Shown here piece by piece: positions 1 through 10,706 of a stretch of 36,973 nt of DNA; within the stretch, counting starts at the first letter, position 1, and each line of letters opens with the position of its first letter. This DNA is from Tubiluchus corallicola. Lineage: Eukaryota; Animalia; Priapulida. The stretch covers positions 1 to 36,973 of the forward strand of contig JAQGDQ010001512.1 of NCBI GenBank assembly GCA_030141605.1, read 5' to 3'. Both the position numbers and the translations under genes were made by a program. The notes below the pieces were generated by a model that ran no database searches, had not been told where the DNA came from, and saw only the letters and a program-made list of their open reading frames with translations.

Positions 1-222
1 GCTTCCAAGGGAGCTATACTGCACCAGAGACTGTACTTCACTGGGAAGAGAGTTTCGTTATTTACCGTACAATGATGGCATTTCTTGCTTCAGAAACAAT
101 TTGCTAATCAGAAAATCGGCCAAGATCTTACAGTCTTTTGCCTCGCCTGTGGTAAGTCATCACTATCGTCCCCTCCTTAGCACTTGATAAATACAAACAT
201 TTTTGTAAAATTGCTACTTATA

Positions 223-795
223 CAAAGTTATAGCACTAGTATTACGCTTACCTGATTGAAAAACTCATGTAATTGGAAAAGAAAATTTTTAGAAATACTA
301 AACGACACTAGTTCACATTCCCAGTCCCAGTACCAGTGTGCATCACTGGCTCACACTCCCAGTCCCAGTGTGCATCACTCGCTCACACTCCCAGTCCCAG
401 TGTGCATCACTGGCTCACACTCCCAGTCCCAGTGTACATCACTGACTCACAGTCCCAGTGTACATCACTGGCTCGCACTCCCAGTCCCGGTGTGCATCAC
501 TGGCTCAAAAATAAACATATTATTAAATCCAAAGTAATTTATATTTTTGCGTGTTGGAAATGTACTCTTCATATGCTCTGACTACTTTTTCAAACTTCAC
601 ACAATATTATCTGAATTCGCTTCAATTTCTTACTCGACAAATTACCATCAAAATGGCCGCGTCTGTCAAGTGCGGAAGTTTAAATTAACAGTTTTTTTTA
701 CAGCGTACTGCTAATAAAAGTTTTGTATACGACAAGACACCATGTAAGTATAGCGCGAATTTTTTAATCTTTTTACTTAAGAATTTTGTTTTCCT
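223..795 (+). mobile_element. Degenerate fragment of Kolobok-type family K2, carrying a 32-bp minisatellite
   Basis: 223-290 aligns by eye with about 13399-13465 (AAAGTTATA...CGCTTACCTG...ATGTAA); 570-730 aligns with about 14180-14320 (ATGCTCTGA...CATCAAAATGGC.GCGTCT). Boundaries approximate. Confidence 0.65.
313..506. repeat. 32-bp minisatellite, about 6 copies (CACACTCCCAGTCCCAGTGTGCATCACTGGCT)
   Basis: GTGT(G/A)CATCAC recurs at 336, 368, 400, 432, 458 and 490; one unit has a 6-bp deletion; the consensus unit contains a CCAGTG-N5-CACTGG hairpin. Confidence 0.95.
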
Positions 796-1009
796 AATCT
801 TTCTCCTGCTACAGAGTAAGTAGTGACCAAGATGTCTACACGTATATAATAAACTCAAAATCTGTGCGTTGCAGCGCTAAAAAGAGCATCTTATCTAAAA
901 ATTAATTTTTGATTTCTCGTTATTTTGGTTCAATTATGCTATTAACCTAAGCTCAAAGAGCGTTTGCCGACTGTAAATAACAATTCTTCACATAACAGAG
1001 GCAACTGTT

Positions 1010-1153
1010 ATGTCGCTTTTACCCTAAATACCACGTGCCAGGCAGGACAACAGTAGGAAATATTCTTAAGGCTTATGACCCGACCGCAGTGTCGAACTCA
1101 TGACTTCCCAATATGAAAGTGGACACATTTTCAGTAAGCTATACCGTTTGGTC
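1010..1153 (-). mobile_element. Degenerate tRNA-derived SINE
   Basis: Minus strand has an A-box-like TAGCTTACTGA (about 1142-1131) and B-box GAGTTCGAC (1099-1091), followed by GGTCGGGTCATA...CTGCCTGGCAC typical of SINE bodies. 3' boundary approximate. Confidence 0.55.
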
Positions 1154-1200
1154 AACGCATTTAGTTAGCTAAGTTAAGCACATATAGTGCTATTACTTAC

Positions 1201-1264
1201 CAGTTGCCGTAAATACGATGCAAGGCAGTAAAAATACTGCAATCGCTTTATACTGCTTATACAT
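1201..1264 (-). CDS. Exon 1 (signal peptide) of a tandem paralogue of the trypsin-like gene; remainder lies beyond the left edge
   Basis: ATG 1264 gives MYKQYKAIAVFLLPCIVFTAT+G|GTAAGT (phase 1). Last 46 nt are 33/46 identical, ungapped, to exon 1 at 18856-18901 with the same GCAACTG|GTAAGT junction; upstream promoter is also homologous. Confidence 0.85.
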
Positions 1265-1336
1265 GAAGTAATTGTTGTTGTGGTACTTCAGTGATCTGGT
1301 ATCTTAAAAATATGGGACCGAGCCCCAGACCTTTGA

Positions 1337-1445
1337 TTTATATACGTCTCAAATGATGACGATTTTCGTGACATTTGCAGCTACTACACGACGGATTGAA
1401 AACAAGTTAGTAAATAAATGTAAGTGAATACTTCCTGCTTTATAG
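1337..1445 (-). promoter_or_regulatory. TATA box (TATATAAA 1344-1337) and conserved proximal promoter of the paralogue
   Basis: 1337-1376 is 34/40 identical to 18992-19031; similarity continues to about 1445 versus about 19100. Confidence 0.8.
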
Positions 1446-1585
1446 GTCAACAACATAAAACGGCTTACTAACTAGAACTTAACTATTGACTTTCAAAAGT
1501 TGTTTGTCAAGTAAGTGATATCTCCGTGCAACGGACAAACATTTATTCACTTTCCTTTCTTTCGTAAAACCATGCTCTATCCTAT

Positions 1586-1720
1586 TGATTATTATTATTA
1601 ATATTTTATTATTACTGTTATCATTATCATTATCGCTATCGCTATCGCTATCACTAACGCTATCATTATTACTATCACTATCGCCATCGGTATCATTATC
1701 ATTAATATTAGTATTATTAC
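1586..1720. repeat. Degenerate ATT/ATC/GCTATC microsatellite
   Basis: Visible 3- and 6-bp periodicity; explains the spurious D/N/S-rich ORF 1479..1805. Confidence 0.85.
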
Positions 1721-1834
1721 CATGAATGGCAAAAAGTGACAATGCACAACAGTATAAAATAAAATTTACTAGAAATATATTTTTTACTCGGATACATGAA
1801 AACATAATGTCCTTTCCATATGTAAGTGCTGCCT

Positions 1835-2272
1835 AAGTGTGGTCCAAGTGCGGTTCAAGTGTGGTCGAAGTGTTGTCCAAGTGTGGTCCAAGTGCGGTTC
1901 AAGTGTGGTCGAAGTGTTGTCCAAGTGTGGTTCAAGTGTGGTCGATGTGTGGTTCAAGTCTGGTCAAGTGTGGTCCAAGTGCGGTTCAAGTGTGGTCGAA
2001 GTGTGGTCCAAGTGTGGTTCAAGTGTGGTCGATGTGTGGTTCAAGTCTGGTCAAGTGTGGTCCAAGTGCGGTTCAAGTGTGGTCGAAGTGTGGTCCAAGT
2101 GTGGTTGGTCCAAGTGTGGTTCAAGTGTGGTCGAAGTGTGGTCCAAGTGTGGTTCAACTGTGGTCGAAGTGTGGTCCAAGTGTGGTTCAAGTGTGGTCGA
2201 TGTGTGGTTCAAGTGTGGTCGAAGTGTGGTCGATGTGTGGACCAAGCGCGGCCCAAAGGTGGTCCAAGTGTG
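1835..2272. repeat. 11-bp minisatellite, about 40 copies, consensus GTGTGGTCCAA with variants GTGCGGTTCAA and GTGTGGTCGAA
   Basis: 11-bp periodicity seen directly (GGTCC 1841, GGTTC 1852, GGTCG 1863 and onward), with a few short indels. Confidence 0.97.
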
Positions 2273-2309
2273 ATTAGTAACTATCAAGCAAAATGGTATT
2301 ATAAATGTA

Positions 2310-2600
2310 AAAATATTGATCTTTTTGATACTATAAAGTAATTTATTCGTTTGCTTAGTTGGCGAAGACTGTATTACGAATGCTCTGATTACGTTTTCAC
2401 ACTTTATGAAATGTTATCTAAGCTTGTTTCAAATGATTTATTATCAAAATTGCTGCGCCTAACGGTTATCCGGGAGTTTTATATTTACAAGTTTCATACA
2501 ATTTTACTTCTAAAGCAAGTTCTGTATAAAATAAAACAGTAGGTAAGGTTTATAAAAATTCTAGGCGACTTCGGGCTCTTTTGTGAAGAACGTTTTCAAG
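2310..2600 (+). mobile_element. Fragment of Kolobok-type family K2
   Basis: ATAAAGTAATTT...GAATGCTCTGATTA...TTATCTAAGCTTGTTTCAAATGA...TCAAAAT.GCTGCGCCTAA matches about 19490-19620 and 14180-14270. Confidence 0.7.
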
Positions 2601-2910
2601 TCATTTGACACAGAAGTATAAAGTCACTAGCCACAAACACAGACCACAGTGAGACACAAATCAAATAACTCACTGGAAAGTTAAGTCAACCTTATGTATG
2701 ATTTGCCACCATATCGTTATTATTATACCCTTGATGTTATGATAATATGTTTGAGTATTTTGTAAAAAGTGGTCCTGGGCCCGCTCCAATTTCGTAAGAG
2801 AATACATTAGTCAACTCTTATGTGAACAAGCATTCGGATCACTGATATAAATTGCATTTGATTGCTTAAAAAATGCCCTGAAGGTTGCTTAAGCGTACCT
2901 TTTTCTTTAA

Positions 2911-3275
2911 AGCACAAGAAAAAAACGTTTCATAAGCAAAAATTCGGGTTGAAATTTTACATCACTTAAATGCTGTCTTATTGCACACAGAGCACACGTT
3001 AGCAGTAACGCTGTCTAAAGATAATAAATATAAACTTCTGCTATGATGATTAGGCGCATACATTTTAACGGGAAGTCATTTGAAATAAGATTAGCTAACA
3101 TAGTGTAAAGTTTGAATAAATAATTTGAGTATTCACAACTTAATTTTTATATAACTTATTCTTGTCGGTAACATTAATAATTTTTTGGTAAATCAGTGGT
3201 GCACACTGGTATATGCAGACTGGTGATGCAGTTTATTTGAACTAGGTAAGCGTAAAGTTAACGAGTATAACTTTA
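2911..3275 (-). mobile_element. Kolobok-type family K2 copy retaining the right terminus
   Basis: TTAA (2907-2910) then AGCACAAGAAAA; reverse complement matches about 20110-20205 and the internal K2 block. Confidence 0.75.
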
Positions 3276-3529
3276 AATGTGTAATGTTTTTGGAACATAC
3301 TTTAAAACTACAGTATTTCCGCATAGAATTATAGGCTTGTTGGGTGTTTTTGTGCTAATAATATTAAATTTTGTTGAAGGTGTAAAACCATGTGTATTTT
3401 GTCATCATTATTGTTTGTCTTGCATCCAACTGTGTACAAAATCTTTCGCTAGCCACAGGAATCTATCATTTTGTGGTAACTGCTACTTTCGACTGCAATT
3501 CGATAGAGATAAATGACCACAAAGAAAAG

Positions 3530-3728
3530 ATTTATTTACCGTCGCTCATTTAACAGACAACATTAGCACTAGCGGCTGTTTAACGACTTACACAACAATG
3601 CAGGTGAGGACGCAACACACAAACAACGAATAACATGTAGAGTATGTGACTTGACATTGGCGCTGGTCGACTCGAACTCAAGACTATTTGATCGTAGTCC
3701 GAAATCTAAACCATTCGGCCACCCAACT
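3530..3728 (-). mobile_element. tRNA(Arg-ACG)-like SINE
   Basis: Minus strand: A-box TGGCCGAATGG (3721-3711), anticodon loop CT-ACG-AT (ACG 3695-3693), B-box GAGTTCGAGTC (3679-3669). Stems are imperfect, so not a functional tRNA. 3' end approximate. Confidence 0.7.
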
Positions 3729-4720
3729 GAGGACCAAGGACAAATTAATGCCGTTTATTAGGCGCAAGAGCCAATTGTATTATTATATGGTTCAAAAACT
3801 GCTCAGATGATGTTAAGACAAGGTTTTTTGTAGCATTTTTTAGACAGTTTTATTGTAATTTTATAGTGTTTAATTTAATCGTGATAAAGGAAATATTGAA
3901 AGCATGCAAAGTGAGCAGTACTGGTAAAAACATGGCTTCATGAAGTGTTCTTTGCCTTGAGAAGAATTTTCTAGTTCATAGTTTTCTTTACCTGTAACAG
4001 TGCGTTCTTAATTCGTTTCCAATGTTGTTATTAATATTACACGTTGCGCTAATTTCATATGAATTTGTTGACAGATATTGGAATTTCTCCTTGACTACAT
4101 TGTATATTATGTTAGTCCCTAAAAGATACTGTCCAACTTTGCCCATTCAATTTTATATTAAGGTTTTAGTACCCAGCAAATGTATATATAAAAATTGTGA
4201 TTTCAGTACTTGTCATACACTTTTGCTTGGCTCCATTGCATTGTGTAGATTGAAAATTAGTATGTTCACCAAACTGCACTGAAATATATTGATGTAGATT
4301 GTTTTATTGAATTAAATAATTTTATAGATTTTTCAGTACCTACTCTTCGTATATAAAGATTTTAGATTTTTGTCTTTTAATGCTTGTATTGGCTGTCCGA
4401 AGGATCAGTAATTGTAAAATTTACATCCAGGTATTTGTATTGTTTAATTTGCTTATTAAATTTTTAGAACGAAAGTATTACCGTTTGTGTGCTTACATAT
4501 AGAAATCTTTTTCTGCAAATTTGTTTTTAAGACACTTGCATTTTCTTTTTTTAAGGTACTTAAGTTTCTTTTTTTATTGTCTTCTTGTTGCTCTATTTGC
4601 AGAGTAATGTAGAGTTTGTAGCTTTCACGCAGAACGTGCTTTTTTACACATTTATGTACTTTCCTTAAAAAGTTTCTATTCTTTGATTTTACTGTTACTA
4701 ATTAAATTAATTGGATTTAA

Positions 4721-5174
4721 TGCACAAGAAAACTCTCCACTTACATAAGGCTTCAAAACTTACGTACTGCATTTTTACATGCAGAGTTTGTCGGCGTAAC
4801 GCTGTTTAAAACTTGTAAATTTAAACTACCGCGATGACGCAGCTATTTTAATGGTAGGTCGTTTGAAAGAAGTTTTGATAACATTAAGTAAATTTAGTTA
4901 CATAAGTCTTTCCAGCAGGTAAGCGAGATGCTAAGTAGTAGAGATTTGCGTGAAACGTTTTTTGGAACATAATTTAACATTGGCTTTTTTTCCCCTGATT
5001 TACGTTGTACATATATGAAGTCATGTAGTGGAACAGTATTGCGGAAGATTTAAAATGAAAACAAACAAAAATTCCTTTTAACGCGAGTACGATATATGCA
5101 TAAAAATGCTGTAAAGTAATATAACTTTTAGGGCGATTTTTCTGAAACCTACTTCAGGTACCCCTTTTCTTGTC
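4721..5174 (-). mobile_element. Internally deleted Kolobok-type family K2 copy
   Basis: TTAA 4717-4720 then TGCACAAGAAAA (right TIR); 4893-5174 is the inverted homologue of about 13182-13453 and ends CCCCTTTTCTTGTC (left TIR missing its last 2 nt). Confidence 0.8.
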
Positions 5175-5375
5175 ATTGGTTGGCGTGGGTCTTTCACCTA
5201 GCGAACTCCGCTCACCAGTCGATTATTGAAGCAGCTGAAGTGTGATGGACACATTGAATCACGAACCGGCTTCTGCTACGAAATGCCTGATTTAGAATAA
5301 CTGTGTCGTCACACCTATCATCTATATGGTCAAGGAACACGCGCACAAATAAATGGAAACGTTTTAAGACTCGAA

Positions 5376-5750
5376 AAAATCAACATCGAGCCTTTAAATT
5401 TACCACTGGACAAAACACAACGGAGTATCGAATCAGCTTCCGTAAGTCTCTTAACTGGTCAGGGAAACTTCAAGCAATTTTTGTATAGTTTACGTCTAGC
5501 GGATAATAACACATGTGAATGCGGCACTGAAATTTAAACACCTGAACACCTGATATACAGCTGCAACAAAGTAGACGCTAATCGAAGAAAACACCTACTA
5601 GAAACTCTGCAGGGGAAAAAATAACCACTAACCAGTGTATTTTTAAAAAAAGAAGCATTAGATAAAGCTTTGGTTAATTTTGCACGAGACTCTTTTATCT
5701 TACCAGTTTGTAAAGGGATGTATAAGAGTATGATGCGTAATACAATATAA
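5376..5750 (+). pseudogene. Relic of the C-terminus of a non-LTR retrotransposon ORF2 (CCHC zinc knuckle)
   Basis: Frame at 5451 reads LTGQGNFKQFLYSLRLADNNTCECGTEI*TPEHLIYSC, matching the LTGHG...CxCG...EH...C motif of R1/I/LOA-type LINEs; in-frame stop at 5535-5537. Boundaries approximate. Confidence 0.75.
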
Positions 5751-6062
5751 ATTTTAACTCACACACACATGTGTATATAAATATAGGTATATATTTATGG
5801 CAAAATTCATCCTAGTTTTATCCTTGTTCTTATATATTTATAAGTAAGGCGTGCATATAGATAAGTTTGTCTTTTCTAATACTTTCGTAATAGTGTACTT
5901 CAAATGATCCCAGTGAATGAATTCTGTTAATATGGAGCTTAATTATTGTAAATAATTGCTAAAATGTTTTATAAGCAAGTTTGTGGTACATGTATTAAGA
6001 TCAGAATTGTAATTGACCGTGTTGTATATGTACTGTTATATCATGTTGCTCAGACGTTGCAT

Positions 6063-6897
<835 letters not shown>

Positions 6898-8097
6898 TAT
6901 GTTGTGCAAATAAAGATTTATCATCAGCTTGTCATCATCTTCTGTCATACGTTGCTGATAACAAACTCTGCCTCCTGGCTTTTGATTGGACCATCTGACT
7001 ATTTCCTGACTTTTACTGAGTGACACTAGTCCTGTCTCCTCTCTCAGATCGGTTAAACAGTTAACCAATCCCGGCCTCTTGAGTAGAATAACAAAGAGAT
7101 CAGGCTCGGCCAGAGTAACATGGCTTCCCATTGGAGCAGTGAAGCCACACAGGGTGTCATGGAGAAGCTACGCGTTCTTTTATTGTCAATTCTCGCCTTA
7201 GTAGACAGAGTTATGAAGCCAAAATGAAACAGGAAGGCGTTGCGTAAAGGCGCTGCATGAGGCGTATGGCGATGTGTTGTACAGACTTGAGATATTTATA
7301 CGTGTTTATACCATATAAAGATTTATACGTGCCATTATACATTATGCATTATACAAGAAGTTCGGAATTTTGTTGTTTCAAGGTTACAACAACGCAACTT
7401 GAAGATTTCCCTTTTTCATTGTGTTGTAATCATTGCTAATAAGTATAGTACTTTATAATTATAGAATTTAGAATTTAGATCTTTAGAATTTCTCACTCTT
7501 CCTATATGATGTTCCAGTGTTTTGGATATAAGCACGTGGTGCCTCCCAGTGTTTGCTTTCGTAAATTTAGTTCTGATGATTGGCAGTAGACCGTTGCCAT
7601 CATTTTGTGTAAAGGAAGTAAAGGATTCGTTTTGTCCATTATGCCAAGTCGTATTTTTATTGAAATTTTTGTCAGATGCAGTTTCTAAGACGGGTCTGGC
7701 CGTCAGTTGAAATTTTACTGCTCTTTGTTAATCGTTTATAAAATGAAATGACGCAAATCATTTATATAATCTTGGTGACATACTTGAAGAAGTTTGAGTA
7801 TTTGACCTAAAACTATTGTAATCATACTGTATCGCGTTTCAACTTTACAATTTGTACCCTAACATTTTTTTAAAATAGTTTGGTTGTGTATCTTAGGTTT
7901 CTTTTACTTAAAGGTTTGCTGACGAGTCAACGAAAGCTTTCAGAATGTGCGTGCAGCGCTCTTGCTGAGCCAGAGTACTAAATGCCTCCAATACTAGTTT
8001 AGAAAAATGTAAACAAACAAACAAATAAACAAATAAACAATCATTTGGACAATGAACTCCTGAAAGGAGTCATTTTAAGTTACTTCTGCTTGAGGGT

Positions 8098-8103
8098 TTT
8101 ATT
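8098..8103 (-). terminator. Candidate polyadenylation signal AATAAA of the trypsin-like gene
   Basis: First minus-strand AATAAA seen after the stop, about 190 nt downstream. Confidence 0.55.
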
Positions 8104-8292
8104 TAAATGCAAATTCCACCACCAAATAAAAAACCATCAAAATTGACTGCTCAGTGATGAACAAAAATTAATGCACCTTGAGGAATTGATTACTGTCTAC
8201 TAAACTTACACCAAATCCAAGTTATTAACTTAAAATTAATCAGCGATCCAGTTAGAAACTAATGATCCAGCTTTTTATCATTCAGTTGATCA

Positions 8293-8769
8293 TCATGGAC
8301 ATGTGCAGGAGCATGCATCCGTCGTTCCTTCTGTACCCCCATTGTCTTGTGTCGTTCCCTCCGTGGAGCCGTTGTCTTGAGTTGTTCCCTCTGTGGACCC
8401 ATTGTCTTGAGTTGTTCCCTCTGTGGACCCATTGTCTTGAGTTGTTCCCTCTGTGGACCCATTGTCTTGAGTTGTTCCCTCTGTGGAGCCATTGTCTTGA
8501 GTTGTTCCCTCTGTGGAGCCATTGTCTTGTGTTGTTCCTTCCGTTGAGCCGTTGTCTTGTGTTGTTCCTTCCGTGGTGCCGTCATCGCACGTTTCACAGC
8601 CTCCGTTCTGCGACAGCTTGTTTTCTATCCACCCCAAGTAGTAAGCTACGTCTGTGTATACGCCAGGATAACCAGGACGGGCGCAGCCAGAACCCCAGGA
8701 CACAATGCCACACACGGTATCTCCTTTTTGAAGATCGCTGGTTGTCACTAGAGGCCCTCCCGAATCGCC
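8293..8769 (-). CDS. Trypsin-like protease exon 8 (catalytic Ser, repeat tail, stop)
   Basis: TTACAG|GGC GAT TCG = GDSGGP...DACSCTCP, then TGA TGA. Confidence 0.96.
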   Translation of the reverse strand, partial: GDSGGPLVTTSDLQKGDTVCGIVSWGSGCARPGYPGVYTDVAYYLGWIENKLSQNGGCETCDDGTTEGTTQDNGSTEGTTQDNGSTEGTTQDNGSTEGTTQDNGSTEGTTQDNGSTEGTTQDNGSTEGTTQDNGSTEGTTQDNGGTEGTTDACSCTCP

Positions 8770-10646
8770 CTGTAATGAAGCAATGCAAGACATTATTAAA
8801 AACATGGCTCACTCTACTTATGACTCGCTCTACACACAAAATTAGTGCTCTACAAGTTTAAATTTCACAGTGTGATATTGCAATACATATACATAATGCT
8901 TTTGGCTGTGAAAGTTGGAAGTCAATGCTTTAATGGTTTACTCCTTCAGGACAGCACCATTCAAAATAGGTCTTATAAGCTCATGACTTTTCTGCTGCTG
9001 TATGAGCACGGATATAACTAAATGATTACAAATTAGGTACTGTTCTATGCAAGAGAATCTTGACTATCCAATCATGCTATTTGTCTAATGTTAGTTGGGT
9101 AAAATAAAGAAAAACACGCCTTCTTCAGGCACTCCAACTTGAAATATTGAGTAGCATAGTCTCGTGCACACTAATTTATTGACCGCCAGGCTGCGCTGTG
9201 TTCTGCTGCTATTCTAGGAAAAAGCAACTGTTCAGCCAAGGACAAATTAAGTTCGTTTCATCTTTTAACAGGAATTTATCCTTAAAAATAAAGTAGACTT
9301 TCGGTCACAGTGTATCGGAGGGTTGTATCTGGATAGTTGAAATTTTTTGTTAGCCGATTTCATACAAATGATACTGTGCATTTTTACAGTGAAAACACTG
9401 CAGTTACTGCAATGCAAGTTTTTCACTTTTTTGTCAAAAATCTTTTTAAATTTGTCTAAGTTAAGCAAATGCATTTCATATATTTTTGTTTTGTATGAAA
9501 ATCTATTGTGCGAGGAGTAGAGACCAACAAAAATTGCCAAATATAACATTATCGTTGCTTTGTGAGCGAAATTTTGTATGAACACATGCAAAATGCAAAA
9601 TCCATGTGATTTTTTCCTCTTTATGTGAATTTTTGTTTCACTTGAGGAAAAGGTGCTGTGGAAACCTTGTTTGAAACGCTGAGTTTTTCTTCGTTTTTTT
9701 TTTAATTTTGAGACTTTTTTATTGACTATTCTTGTCATACTTGTCACATTTTTGTCACTGTTCTTGTTAGGATTAAGGATTAATCTGGGAAAACTAAACG
9801 CCTCATGTGCAATTTGAATTGAGATAAATAAATTAGAGCCACGTGGCTGCAGAAAATGCCAAAAATTTGCGATTCTACTGCTTTTGGTCTTAATTTCGGT
9901 GCAGCATGACTTCAAAGATAAAACGAGCTGCCCGATCTACCCGTTCATCTGTCATTTCGGGGGAAAATACTAGAGCAATATTATAAAAATGTTACTGCTT
10001 TACGCCCACTAACTTTGAGATTGTCTCTGAGATTAAACCCCCAAACAGTTCACACTACATTTACAAGTTTGTTACACTCGTAGTAAAACCAAAATGTTAT
10101 GAATGATTAATAATTATTAAATTTTGTTACCTGACAACTATCTTTGCCACTTTCAGAAGCACACTCCATTCCGGGTCGAATCCAGCTACCGTAGCTGTTT
10201 TGGCACTCCGCTATCGTGTTCATAGTCAGACTGACCCATCGCAAAGTAGATGTCATACTGTAATATGAAATTAGTGCCTAAAAATTACAATCTTGATCGT
10301 TCATGAACAAAGGTTTCCACTATATCAACAACAAATGCTAATAACTTTGTTGGTGTATTCGTAATTTTAATAAGATCGATGCGTGCGAGCCAGGATTTTC
10401 TTTTGTATTATCAGCGTGCAATCTTTCCAAACAGCTGCTGTATTTGTATTAGTCTGCCCGTTTATCTACCTATCTGTCTGTCTGTCTATCTGCCCATCTG
10501 CCTCTCTGTCAAACAAACCAGCCAAGCAACTAATCCTATTGAAATTTGCACATTCCCTAAAATTAAATTGGTATTCTACAAAATGCATAGAAAAAATATG
10601 GCAGCAGCAGTAGCTGGAGCAGCAGCGGTAGTAGTAGTAGTAGTAA

Positions 10647-10706
<60 letters not shown>

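Noticed and set aside
313-506. 32-bp hairpin-containing repeats resembling a CRISPR array
   Set aside because: Units are head-to-tail with no unique spacers, there are no cas genes, and the context is eukaryotic.
1826-2341. ORFs in all three plus frames (VVQVWSKCG repeats)
   Set aside because: An 11-bp stop-free unit opens all frames; indels are not multiples of three; no splice or start context.
3660-3728. Functional tRNA-Arg(ACG) gene
   Set aside because: Boxes and anticodon are present but the stems pair poorly; better explained as a SINE head.
8259-8861. Overlapping alternative-frame and antisense ORFs across the 30-bp repeat
   Set aside because: Shadow frames; variation among the central repeat units is synonymous in the protease frame but not in these.
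9265-9915. 216-aa minus-strand ORF inside intron 7
   Set aside because: Composition follows AT-rich DNA, no recognisable domain, and inclusion would split the DSCQ|GDSGGP motif.
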